Shown here piece by piece: positions 9,901 to 22,344 of a stretch of 64,000 nucleotides of DNA (positions within the stretch are counted from its first letter, which is position 1; every line of letters begins with the position of its first letter). Location of the stretch: the NCBI GenBank assembly GCA_002269645.1, contig NIVC01001223.1, positions 1 through 64,000 of the forward strand. The letters run 5' to 3'. Origin of the DNA: Macrostomum lignano (Eukaryota). The notes beneath the pieces were generated by a model that searched no databases, was not told the DNA's origin, and saw nothing but the letters and a program-made list of their open reading frames with translations. Both the position numbers and the translations under genes were made by a program.

Positions 9901-12900
9901 TCCGCTTCCTTCTCGACTAGGAAGCCGGGCAGCTCGTTGCGGATTCGCGTCCACAGCAGGGGCGGGATGCGCCGCGTCGGTGGCAGGTGGTACTGGTAGA
10001 CGTCATTGAGCACCTTCTCGTCCAGTGACAGGTTGTCCTCTAGCTCGGACTCTGATATGCCGCTTTTCGAGGCTGTGATGTAGGAAAATGCGTGAGTCAC
10101 CAGTATGAGACCGTGCTGGTTCTCGATGCGCTGGAACAGCTGCATGATGCTGTCAAAGATGTTGAAGGACAGCACGTTCTTCTCCAGCGCGTCGTACGAT
10201 TTCCATCGGCAGACTTCGTCGAAAACAATCTTGACAAATAGCGGCGAAGTGGACTTGGCGAGAGCTTTGTCAACCACTTGCCACTGCTGATTGGTGATGG
10301 ATCGGCTCGCTGACTGCAACCACACTCGCAGAACTTCCAACGATAGCGGCTTGCCAAGATCCTCGAGCTTCAGAAAATTTTCCGCTTTGTTCACCTTGAG
10401 TTTCAGAGTTTTCAACAGGTTGAAGAAATTCGGCAAGATTGAGACCACAATTTTTACGTTAGGCGGAACCTCGTCAGGCAGCCACAGCAGAAGGTGGGCA
10501 TTGTTCTCAGGCGACAACTCCTCCAGCGAGTCCAAAAACACAGTGAGAGGCCTGACGGCCGATGCGCAGCTCAGCAAACCCTTGAAGTGCTGGATGAGAC
10601 GCGGCAGCTCCTCCGGTATTTTGGCCGGCGGCTGGTCGTACAGGTAGCAGATGTGCCGACACAAATTGGTGAGCAGCACGCCGATTGAGGAACTCTGAGG
10701 CGACGTACCGAGGAGCCGGAAGATCACATTGGGCTCGGCTGTCTTCTGCCACTGCCAGATCTGCAACCGGTGGGGGGGGGTTGCGAGTAACAAAATATAC
10801 TTAAATTCTATGCTACTTATGCAAGTAGCAAGAGTTGGAAACTCACCAGAGAGCTGGCCTTCGCTAGCAGGGAGGTCTTCCCGCATCCGGGGTCGCCGTA
10901 CAGAACGAACAGCTGGCGGTTTCTCGAGTCCCGACAGTACGCCTCTATCTGCTGGAGCTCCGCGTCCCTGCCTTGGAAGACCTGGTTGTAGAAATTGGGG
11001 TTGGGGTGCATCGTGGTTACTTCTTTAAAGCTTGTTCAATCAATTATCGCAAAGAACAGGGCCCCGGCTGACCTCGCAGAGCTTGGCGCACACGTGCAGG
11101 TGCTGCAGGATCTCCGACATGGTCACATCGTCAGACAGCAGCCGGTTGTGCTTCATGCCGCGGTCGATCAGCTGCACAACTCTCGTGTAGAAGGTGTCGC
11201 AAAACTCGTCCACGTAACCTGAAAAGAGAAGGCCGGCCAACTAGTCTCATTAATTATTAATGCGGGTGGTCAAGCAAATTGGCTTTCCCCGTTAGCGTGC
11301 TTCTTCTTTTCAGAGTTGTTTGGTCTCAGCCGGGGCCAGCTTGCTCAGCGCACACAAAATCAGACTCCCGCTATGAAGGCATTGACCGATGAAGCTGCTT
11401 TAGAAGAGGCCCCCGCTAGCTTCAGGCCTGGGACAGAGGAAAACTTCTGTCAAGTGTTAGTTTTTTACTGCTTTCCCCCAGATCTTAGCCTGACAGGGGC
11501 ACTCTTGCCCGCCTGCAGTTTTTTTCTACAGTTTCTCCAATACTTAGCAAGCCAGTCAACACAATTAACTGCATCCTGTGTCACTTGCATCTTGCATTTC
11601 CTTCCAGGCTGTACTGTCCTCTGCTGTACTTCTCTCCCTCCAATCTCAGTCCCGCTCACTCCTTTCTCAATCCCTCTCTCTCTCTCTCTCTCTCTCTCCC
11701 TCTCTCTATTCTCAATCCCTCTCTCTCCATTCTCATTCCCTCTCTCTCCTTTCTCAGTCCCTCTCTCTCCGGCCTCAGCATCCCTCCCTCCATTCTCGCC
11801 GTTATTGTAGCATTCTTAAGTCCCTCATTCTCAAGAACCGATTCAATTGTCTCTCCAACTCCGCGTGTCCCCAGACCCTTCTTCTCAAGGCTCGCTCACC
11901 GCGATGCGTGTCAAGGTGAATGCCGGCAGGGTCTACCCAGGGCTGCTTGTAGCGAATAATGGAAGATGCCCGCAGTTTGCTGGGAATTTTCACGTCGCGC
12001 AGGTTGTCCATGAGGTCCTGCGCCTCCCGGTCCACCTCTGAGCCGTTCATGTCAATAAAATTTCGCGCCACACGCCAGTTTGACAGGGTGATGCCCTCCA
12101 GGTGGCGCAGGAACGCCAGCGTATGCCGACTGTTGTTTTCGGCGGTCAGGATGCCGTGAATATTCTCGCGCTCCGTCACTAAAAATTGAGGTTGGGGGTT
12201 GTGCAATAAAATCCAGCTACTTGCCACTCACTCTCTGTGACTGTTTTGAGAGGTGACGAAAACAGGCATCCTATCTCAACTGCGTACTAGTCACGATAAA
12301 CTCTGCTTACCTGGCAACCCTAGTTCCAGTCGGGTTCAGCCACTCGCTGATCCATTCTCAGACTCCCTCTATGATTCCTTCTTAGAACCCCTATGCTCCA
12401 TTCTCAGACTCCCTCTATGATCCATTCTCAGTCCCCTCTATGATCCATTCTCAGTCCCCTCTATGATCCATTCTCAGACCCCTCTATGCTCCATTCTCAG
12501 TCCCCTCTATGATCCATTCTCAGTCCCCTCTATGATCCATTCTCAGACTCCCTCTATGATCCATTCTCAGTCCCCCTCTATGTTTTCTTCTTAGACCCCC
12601 TCTATGATCCATTCTCAGACCCCCTCTATGATCCATTCTCAGACTCCCTCTATGATCCATTCTCAGTCCCCCTCTATGTTTTCTTCTTAGAACCCCTCTA
12701 TGATCCATTTTCAGTCCCTTCTATGATTATTTCTTAGAACCCCTCTATGATCCATTCTCAGTCCCCTCTATGAATGTTTAGGGACGCTTTCATAAGACCT
12801 AAATTTCACAACGCCTAAATTTCATATCGCCTAAATTTCACAACGCCTAAAATCTTTGCTTCTCTCCTTCACATTCAGTTTTAGGCGTTGTGAAATTTAG

Positions 12901-15900
12901 GCGATATGAAATTTAGGCGATGTGAAGGAGCGTGCAGAAATTTTGGGCGTTGTGAAATTTGGGCGATATCAAATTTAGGCGTTGTGAAGGAGGCTGCATT
13001 TTCGATTTTAGGCGTTGTGAAATTTAGGCGTTATGAAATTTAGGTGATGTGAAGTCACGTGCTTTAGGCGTTGTGAAATTTAGGTCTTATGAAGCGCCCC
13101 CATCCATTCTCAGACCCCCTCTATGATCCATTCTCAGACCCCCTCTATGATCCATTCTCAGTCCCCTCTATGCTCCATTCTCAGTCCCCTCTATGATTCA
13201 GTCTTATAACTCCTCTATGCTCCATTTCTCAGACTCCCTCTATGCTCCATTCTCAGTCCCCTCTATGCTCCATTCTCAGACCCCCTCTATGATCCATTCT
13301 CAGACCCCCTCTATGATCCATTCTCAGTCCCCTCTATGCTCCATTCTCAGTCCCCTCTATGCTCCATTCTCAGATCCCCTCTATGATCCATTCTCAGACA
13401 CCATCTATGATCCATTCTCAGTCCCCTCTATGCTCCATTCTCAGTCCCCTCTATGATTCAGTCTTATAACTCCTCTATGCTCCATTCTCAGTCCCCCTCT
13501 ATGTTTTCTTCTTAGAACCCCTCTATGATCCATTTTCAGTCCCTTCTATGATTATTTCTTAGAACCCCTTTATGATCCATTTTCAGTCCCTTCTATGATT
13601 ATTTCTTAGAACCCCTTTATGATCCATTCTCAGTCCCCTCTATGATCCATTCTCAGACCCCCTCTATGATCCATTCTCAGACACCATCTATGATCCATTC
13701 TCAGACCCCCTCTATGATCCATTCTCAGACACCATCTATGATCCATTCTCAGTCCCCTCTATGCTCCATTCTCAGTCCCCTCTATGATTCAGTCTTATAA
13801 CTCCTCTATGCTTCATTTCTCAGACTCCCTCTATGATCCATTCTCAGTCCCCCTCTATGTTTTCTTCTTAGAACCCCTCTATGATCCATTCTCAGTCCCC
13901 CTCTATGTTTTCTTCTTAGAACCCCTCTATGATCCATTTTCAGTCCCTTCTATGATTATTTCTTAGAACCCCTTTATGATCCATTTTCAGTCCCTTCTAT
14001 GATTATTTCTTAGAACCCCTTTATGATCCATTCTCAGTCCCCTCTATGATCCATTCTCAGACCCCCTCTATGATCCATTCTCAGACCCCCTCTATGATCC
14101 ATTCTCAGACCCCCTCTATGATCCATTCTCAGACACCATCTATGATCCATTCTCAGTCCCCTCTATGCTCCATTCTCAGTCCCCTCTATGATTCAGTCTT
14201 ATAACTCCTCTATGCTCCATTCTCAGTCCCCCTCTATGTTTTCTTCTTAGAACCCCTCTATGATCCATTTTCAGTCCCTTCTATGATTATTTCTTAGAAC
14301 CCCTTTATGATCCATTCTCAGTCCCCTCTATGATCCATTCTCAGACCCCCTCTATGATCCATTCTCAGACCCCCTCTATGATCCATTCTCAGACCCCCTC
14401 TATGATCCATTCTCAGACACCATCTATGATCCATTCTCAGTCCCCTCTATGCTCCATTCTCAGTCCCCTCTATGATTCAGTCTTATAACTCCTCTATGCT
14501 CCATTTCTCAGACTCCCTCTATGATCCATTCTCAGTCCCCCTCTATGTTTTCTTCTTAGAACCCCTCTATGATCCATTTTCAGTCCCTTCTATGATTATT
14601 TCTTAGAACCCCTTTATGATCCATTTTCAGTCCCTTCTATGATTTTTTCTTAGAACCCCTTTATGATCCATTCTCAGTCCCCTCTATGATCCATTCTCAG
14701 ACCCCCTCTATGATCCATTCTCAGACCCCCTCTATGATCCATTCTCAGACCCCCTCTATGATCCATTCTCAGACCCCCTCTATGATCCATTCTCAGACCC
14801 CCTCTATGATCCATTCTCAGACACCATCTATGATCCATTCTCAGTCCCCTCTATGCTCCATTCTCAGTCCCCTCTATGATTCAGTCTTATAACTCCTCTA
14901 TGCTCCATTCTCAGTCCCCCTCTATGTTTTCTTCTTAGAACCCCTCTATGATCCATTTTCAGTCCCTTCTATGATTATTTCTTAGAACCCCTTTATGATC
15001 CATTCTCAGTCCCCTCTATGATCCATTCTCAGACCCCCTCTATGATCCATTCTCAGACCCCCTCTATGATCCATTCTCAGACTCCCTCTATGATCCATTC
15101 TCAGTCCCCCTCTATGTTTTCTTCTTAGAACCCCTCTATGATTCATTCTCAGACACCATCTATGATCCATTCTCAGACACCATCTATGATCCATTCTCAG
15201 ACTCCCTCTATGATCCATTCTCAGTCCCCCTCTATGTTTTCTTCTTAGAACCCCTCTATGATCCATTTTCAGTCCCTTCTATGATTCTTTCTTAGAACCC
15301 CTCTATGATCCATTCTCAGACCCCCTCTATGATCCATTCTCAGACCCCCTCTATGATCCATTCTCAGACACTATCTATGATCCATTCTCAGTCCCTCTCT
15401 ATGATTCATTCTTAGAACCCCTCTATGATCCATTCTCAGACACCCTCTATGATCCATTCTCAGTCCCCTCTATGATCCATTCTCAGTCCCCTTTATGATT
15501 CAGTCTTATAACTCCTCTATGCTCCATTTCTCAGACTCCCTCTATGATCCATTCTCAGTCCCCCTCTATGTTTTCTTCTTAGAACCCCTCTATGATCCAT
15601 TTTCAGTCCCTTCTATGATTCTTTCTTAGAACCCCTCTATGATCCATTCTCAGACACCATCTATGATCCATTCTCAGTCCCTCTCTATGATTCTTTCTGA
15701 GAACCCCTCTATGATTCATCCTCAGACCCCCTCTATGATCCATTCTCAGTCCCTCTCTATGATTCTTTCTGAGAACCCCTCTATGATTCATCCTCAGACC
15801 CCCTCTATGATCCTTCTATATAGCTTATCTAAATTAAGACTTTTCGCATGGTCCACATGCATTTTCGCCATAAATTCGTGCTCATTCGTTAATTCCCTCT

Positions 15901-18900
15901 TTCAATTATTGAAACTGCGCGGCTCCGTGAATTCAGCGAAGCGAAAAAATTGATTGATTCCGCAGCCAGAGCCCACTGTTATGCACTGAACTGAATGGAC
16001 AATGGACTTCGGAACTTCTCTATTTATAGCTAGGAAGCCGGTTCGCTAAAAGTTTGGTAAACAGACTTTCTCCAATGGAAGAAAATTCACGGGGAATGTA
16101 GAAAAATAGCAGATAGCTCTATTTTTAGCTGGATAACTTTGTAGCTGCTTGACTGGGCAGCCGAGGTTGCCTCTGGGGGGGTTGGCCCTTGGCAGCGGTA
16201 CAGCGGTTGTTTGAGAATTTTCCATCAAAGATAGAAGCTCCCCCAATCCCGGGCTTGCTCCGGTGAGTCGGTCCATGTTTGACATTCATCTGTCTGTGCA
16301 GACAGGTATCCCATTGTTTGCTGGGCAATGAAACTAAAAGCACTCTTCCCATAGCAGCTCTGAGCGAGTCTGGTGAATGATTTGCAAACTTTTCTGTGTG
16401 CTCTTGGTGGCCGGGGTTTTGTAGCTCAGGCTAATGCAGTTCTACCGCCTAAGCACTGTCAGCTGCAGGGAGATTGTGTACCCTGCAGGAAGGATTGTTG
16501 AAGAGAGCTTGGTATGCAGCAATGCCCCCCCATTCAAACGATAATTCAAACTTCTGCTCGATAGGCTCAAAATTATTGGTGGTAAAGGCTTTAACGATGA
16601 AGAATAAATGAGTTTTGCTTCTAGCCAATAATATTATATTTATTTACCTGAAACTGCAGATACAATCTGCCTCATGATTGTGTTGCTAGGGCTATGCCGG
16701 GAGGAAAGCGGGGCTCACCTGACATGAAATAATTATGCCGCTGATCGGCGTCAATCTTCTGCTCCTGGAAGAGCCGGTCAGTTGCCTGGCGAAAGATCAG
16801 CTGCATCTTGCCCATTGTTGTCCACCACTCGTTCTGGTGGGCCTCCATCATTTTTTGCATGCCCTGTTGAAAGTTGAGAAGCAGCGGAATTTGGTTAGAA
16901 ATGTTCCCCCCACCCATGCAGTGTTGAGGCTTTTATTGAGGAATCGAGGAACTCCTGGCGATCAAATATTCTCTAGCTAAAGCTCATCTTTTAGAGCCCA
17001 TCATAGTTCTTTGGGGATTAAATGAGACGTACGTAAAAAAAACCGATACTCCATATGCTCCCAAGACAAAAGAACCAGCAGGAGAGATGTTCAGAAGCCA
17101 TGGATAAGCCATAGACTATAAATGGAGAATCAAAATGAGACACAGCCTATCAATATTTCTCTGTTTCTCTGTCAGTAGCGGATCATCCATTTCTATCTGC
17201 CGCTCAGATCCTTATTTTGATTATCCATTTTTTATAGTCTATGGCTTATCCATTTGGAAGCCAAAGGGCTGCACCGCAGGCCATACCGAAACGGCACAAA
17301 AGCCCAGAGATTCAAACATGTCAATGGCATCAAAAACCATTTAGGTAGTCAAAAGCGACTACCTAGCAGCACTATCTTATCTATCTTTGGCGTATTCTTC
17401 TGTAGCGGTGCCATTAGCGCCAGTGTCACCTCAAGTAAATTTCCCCAGAGGTAAATAAAGAAGCGTGCTTATCGCGTTTTATCTATATTAACTGAGTAAA
17501 CAAGCCCTGGAATAAACATTACTAACGTGCTGTGCGACGAACTAGGTGCTAAAATAAATAAAAAAACGTTGTGGGATACTACTACGCTACTTGTGTGTAC
17601 AAATTTCCATAGTGCACAAAACACTAATTATCGAAATGTATTCAAAATTGAATAATTGTATTTTAAATGGAACCAAATTCAGTCAAGTCTTACTTTGTCC
17701 TGAAACAATGAGACAAGAGCGGTTTCAACGATATTAAGTGTGCAATCAATTGCCGTTTGCGAATTGAGAATAAAAGCTAAATTGCTATAGATGATCAACT
17801 TAATATCGATTCAAGGCAGAGGGTTGCAATTGAAAGTAGATTTCGGGTTAGAATGAAGCACACCGAGCAGCCTAGTGACTAATTTAATCGTATAGCTTCT
17901 TGCGCTCAGTTAAATCATTTCTGTGTCCGATTCAAGAGTCAGTGTCTGAATCCTTCTGGTGGCCAGAAACTCGCATGTCTATGGCAAAAACTTTCGTGCT
18001 TAGTTAACGAACAGAAAACCTGAGCACACAAAGCAGTGCAGTTTTATTTAAAGACCTTATTTAGCTGAGCACCAAAAGTTAATTATTAATTACCCATGAT
18101 TTAAGGGCGTTAATGGCATGGCCTTGGTTAGTGGGTTTATCGATATGCTATGCGCCATAGACATTTTTCCTTAGCCAGGCTTAGGGAAAGTGGAAGGTTT
18201 GGGGTGGAGTGCGGTGGGGTGCGGGAATGGAGCCCCCGCGAGGAGAGTGTGGGGTGGGAGTGGGGTGGGTGCGGGAATAGAGCCCCCGCGAGGAGAGTGT
18301 GGGTGGGTGCGGGAATGGAGCCCCCACGAGGAGAGTGTGGGGTGGGTGCGGGAATGGAGCCCCCGCGAAGAGAGTGTGGGGTGGGAGTGGGGTGGGTGCG
18401 GGAATAGAGCCCCCGCGAGGAGAGTGTGGGGTGGGTGCGGGAATAGAGCCCCCGCGAGGAGAGTGTGGGGTGGGTGCGGGAATGGAGCCCCCGCGAAGAG
18501 AGTGTGGGGTGGGAGTGGGGTGGGTGCGGGAATAGAGCCCCGCGAGGAGAGTGTGGGGTGGGAGTGGGGTGGGTGCGGGAATGGAGCCCCCGCGAGGAGG
18601 GTATGAGGCGCAGCCTCCGCTCAATGCCATAGATAAAAATAAAAAAACAGAAAATAGTACTGTACTAAAACTCTAAGCAGAGACAACTGCGAGGCTATAA
18701 ATAAATGGAAGATTTTGTTGGTGGATAATGACATTAAGTAATTTTCATATATTCTTCGCTGGTGATTGATTTGGGAGAACTTCAATAGAGTGAACGAGCT
18801 GCACTGGATGTTTTACCTTATTGTTGAAATGGATGAGAATGGACGAGATCGGCTGCAGCACCTGCACAGGTGGTACAAGATTCTCGTCCCGCTTGTACCA

Positions 18901-21589
18901 GCGCTCCAGGTAGGTCGCCTCCTCAGCTGTGCCGTGCTGCCGCACAGTGTCCAGGATGAGGTCGAACTCGCTGGCGTCAATCAGGGTCGGGAAAGGCCTG
19001 TAGCCGTATTTCTGGCCTAGCAGCACCACGAAATTGGGGCCGACGCTGACACGCTGGCAGGTGCTGATCTCCTTCAGGCATAGGTACGTTGTCATGTGAT
19101 CGTCCGTGGCCTCGTCTCTGACGCCCCAGCGCATGTCAACCACCTTCGATGGGTTAAAGTTAACAATAAGCTTGGTTCTAAGTTTGGTTCTTTTGAATAG
19201 TTACGAATTTTCACAAAGTCTGAGGTGTTACAAGCTGAGTGACTCGGCATCGCCCCCGAGTGACTCAGCATCGTCCCCGAGTGACTCAGCATAGCCCTAG
19301 AGTGACTCAGCATAGCCCCTAGAGTGACTCAGCATAGCCCTAGACTGACTCAGCATAGCCCCTAGACTGACTCAGCATAGCCCTAGACTGACTCAGCATA
19401 GCCCTAGAGTGACTCAGCATAGCCCTAGAGTGACTCAGCATAGCCCTAGACTGACTCAGCATAGCCCTAAGACTGACTCAGCATAGCCCCTAGAATGACT
19501 CAGCATAGCCCTAGACTGACTCAGCATAGCCCTAAGACTGACTCAGCATAGCCCTAGACTGACTCAGCATAGCCCCTAGACTGACTCAGCATAGCCCTAG
19601 ACTGACTCAGCATAGCCCTAAGACTGACTCAGCATAGCCCCTAGAATGACTCAGCATAGCCCTAGACTGACTCAGCATAGCCATAGAGTGACTCAGCATA
19701 GCCCTAGAGTGACTCAGCATAGCCCTAGACTGACTCAGCATAGCCCCTAGAATGACTCAGCATAGCCCTAGAGTGACTCAGCATAGCCCTAGAGTGACTC
19801 AGCATAGCCCTAGACTGACTCAGCATAGCCCTAAGACTGACTCAGCATAGCCCCTAGAATGACTCAGCATAGCCCTAGAGTGACTCAGCATAGCCCTAGA
19901 CTGACTCAGCATAGCCCTAGACTGACTCAGCATAGCCCCTAGACTGACTCAGCATAGCCCTAGACTGACTCAGCATAGCCCTAAGACTGACTCAGCATAG
20001 CCCCTAGAATGACTCAGCATAGCCCTAGAGTGACTCAGCATAGCCCTAGACTGACTCAGCATAGCCCTAGAGTGACTCAGCATAGCCCTAGACTGACTCA
20101 GCATAGCCCTAGAGTGACTCAGCATAGCCCTAGACTGACTCAGCATAGCCATAGAGTGACTCAGCATAGCCCTAGAGTGACTCAGCATAGCCCTAGAGTG
20201 ACTCAGCATAACCCTAGAGTGATTCAGCATAGCCCTACTGACTCAGCATAGCCCTAGACTGACTCAGCATAGCCATAGAGTGACTCAGCATAGCCCTACT
20301 GACTCAGCATAGCCCTACTGACTCAGCATAGCCCTACTGACTCAGCATAGCCCTACTGACTCAGCATAGCCCTACTGACTCAGCATAGCCCTACTGACTC
20401 AGCATAGCCCTACTGACTCAGCATAGCCCTACTGACTCAGCATAGCCCTACTGACTCAGCATAGCCCTACTGACTCAGCATAGCCCTACTGACAAGCTTC
20501 CCGCATGCAAAAACATGTCGAATATTTTCCGCACCTGAAATTCCAGCCCATGCTGCTCCCTGCAATACTCCTTGATTTTTGGGTAAATCCTCTCCATTAA
20601 AGAGTTGCGCTCGACGCCAGTATCTGAAAAGAGATCCGCGTTTCGTTGTTTGTATTTGAATCACCCAGTAGGCAATACGTAGCGTACTGATGGCGAGGAA
20701 GCTGGCATATGATTCACCTGTAAATGTCGAACTCGTGAAGATGCGCACAATTTTGCTTGGCATGGTCGGCAGGCCGTCCAGAAAGCCGCGGAATATTTTG
20801 TCTACCACCGGGTGGCAGCCTCGGCTCAGCGCGCCCTCGAGAATCTCCGGCTCGGGGTCCTCCTCCTCGGGCTCCTCCTCGACCTCCGCCTCCTCCTCCG
20901 ACAGCGAAGTGTAGTCCGCCGCCTCGCCCGTTTCTGCGTAGGGCTCTCCCGCTGCCGCTGCTTCCGGTTCTGCGCCGCCGCCTGCTTCCGGCTCCTCGCC
21001 GCCGCCGCTTCCGGCTCGTCCCGCGGGCACCCTCACGACCATCTGCTGCCGAACCACCGGGGCTCGTCGAATCGGCGCTGCCGCTGGTGTCGCCTGAGAA
21101 GCGGCTCCGTCTGCGACCTCTTCTTCTGCAGCTGGTGCAGCAGTTGAAGCCGCCTCACCTTGCTGCGTGTACGAGGCACCGGACCGGCGCGAAGCAGCCG
21201 ACGCTGTGGACGCCGCTTGCTGCTGTCTCCGCCGCTGCTGGTGCACCTGCTGGCGCTGCTGGCGCTGCAGCTGCTGTTGCTGCTGTCGCGACTGTCGCGT
21301 CGACTGCCTAGTCGGCGCCGCCTCTCCCGACGCCATCGAGGCCGGAGTCGCCGACACCGTCGGTGCCTGTTCCTCCGAGCGCGGCGGACTCTGCGACAGG
21401 AGCTGCCGCTGTTGAAGCGGCACTTCCGGATCGGACTCGGCGGCATCTTCGTCGTTATTGTCATCGAAGCTTTGAGGCCTGCCACCGGAAGCGGCGGTGG
21501 TGCCGGATGCCGCGGTGGCGGGTGACAGGCGGCGGCGCTGCTGCTTCCGCTGCTTCTGCTGCTGCCTGGAGTTGCGCTGCCTCGTTGGC
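6963..21589 (-). CDS. NWD2: NACHT domain- and WD40 repeat-containing protein (NWD2-like STAND NTPase), core exons
   Basis: Exons 21589-20718, 20623-20535, 19143-18817, 16863-16719, 12178-11900, 11218-11073, 10981-10847 and 10760-6963 are all phase-compatible GT-AG (one AAG acceptor at 19143). Motifs: DUF4062-type IVRIFTSSTFTD...GLEFQVVDMRWGV, Walker A GDPGCGKT, Walker B TVFLDSLE, WD repeats (LEGH...IIWD, LDAH...IKVWN), C-terminus SRACCVQ. Confidence 0.93.
12345..15810. repeat. 3.4-kb ~24-bp minisatellite with higher-order variant blocks (NWD intron)
   Basis: Unit CTCTATGATCCATTCTCAGACCCC and variants; interrupted by the MITE at 12781-13100. Confidence 0.95.
12781..13100. mobile_element. Foldback MITE-like element nested in a minisatellite
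   Basis: Terminal inverted repeats GGG(A)CGCT(T)TCATAAGACCTAAATTTCACAACGCCTAAA / TTTAGGCGTTGTGAAATTTAGGTCTTATGAAGCGCCCC, with inverted ~15-bp subterminal repeats. No clean TSD. Confidence 0.75.
17100..17253. mobile_element. Short foldback element (MITE-like or hairpin RNA)
   Basis: ~45-bp inverted arms ATGGATAAGCCATAGACTATAAATGGAGAATCAAAATGAG / CTTATTTTGATTATCCATTTTTTATAGTCTATGGCTTATCCAT. Confidence 0.6.
18205..18600. repeat. 39/50-bp G-rich minisatellite
   Basis: Unit GGGTGGGTGCGGGAATRGAGCCCCCGCGAGGAGAGTGTG with optional extra GGG-containing insert. Confidence 0.92.
19240..20490. repeat. 19-22-bp minisatellite, ~58 copies, most units containing TGACTCAGCA
   Basis: Unit TGACTCAGCATAGCCCTAGAS. 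Confidence 0.95.
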
Positions 21590-21736
21590 CTGCCGATGCG
21601 GCAATCACGACAAATACACATCTTTCAGAATGTGTCTGGAGAGCTTCGAGGGCTATAAAACTAACCTTCAACATCGTACTGTTGTTTTATTCAAGCGTAG
21701 ATGGATAATTTCAGAGTTGAAATTTAAAGAACTACA

Positions 21737-22240
21737 CTAGATTAGTGCCCGAGGCGCCAAGATTAGTGCCAGAGGCGCCAAGATTAGTGCCAGAGGCGCC
21801 AAGATTAGTGCCAGAGGCGCCAAGATTAGTGCCCGAGGCGCCAAGATTAGTGCCAGAGGCGCCAAGATTAGTGCCCGAGGCGCCAAGATTAGTGCCAGAG
21901 GCGTCAAGATTATTGCCCGAGGCGCCAATATTAGTGCCAGAGGTGTCAAGATTAGTGCCCGTGGCGCCAAGTTGAGTGCCAGAGGCGCCAAGATTAGTGA
22001 TGAAGCGCCAAGATTAGTGTCAAAGGCGCCAAGATTAATGCCAGAGGCGCCACGATTAGTGCCCAAGGCGCCAAGATTAGTGCCAGAGGCGCCAAGATTA
22101 GTGCCAGAGGCGCCAAGATTAGTGCCAGAGGCGCCAAGTTGAGTGCCAGAGGCGCCAAGATTAGTGCCAGAGGCGCCAAGTTGAGTGCCAGAGGCGCCAA
22201 GATTAGTGCCAGAGGCGCCAAGATTAGTGCCAGAGGCACC
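21737..22240. repeat. 21-bp minisatellite, ~24 copies
   Basis: Unit ATTAGTGCCAGAGGCGCCAAG. Confidence 0.95.
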
Positions 22241-22344
22241 AAACTAATCCATCAGGTGCTGAAACCTGGCCTGAGGAGCTAAAAACTTTGAATCCTAAGC
22301 CCCCCAAACACCATCAAAGCCGAGGCCCACCGCGGTTGACTTAC

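Noticed and set aside
7000-11222. Many plus-strand ORFs overlapping NWD; likewise shadows of ELAV, the GPCR, RBBP4, PSMC3 and the WOC-like gene
   Set aside because: Antisense or alternate-frame shadows of GC-rich coding exons, with no motifs.
16046-16352. Short minus-strand ORFs in the NWD intron
   Set aside because: Not needed by the NWD splice model (16719 joins 12178 in phase with conserved sequence) and no motifs.
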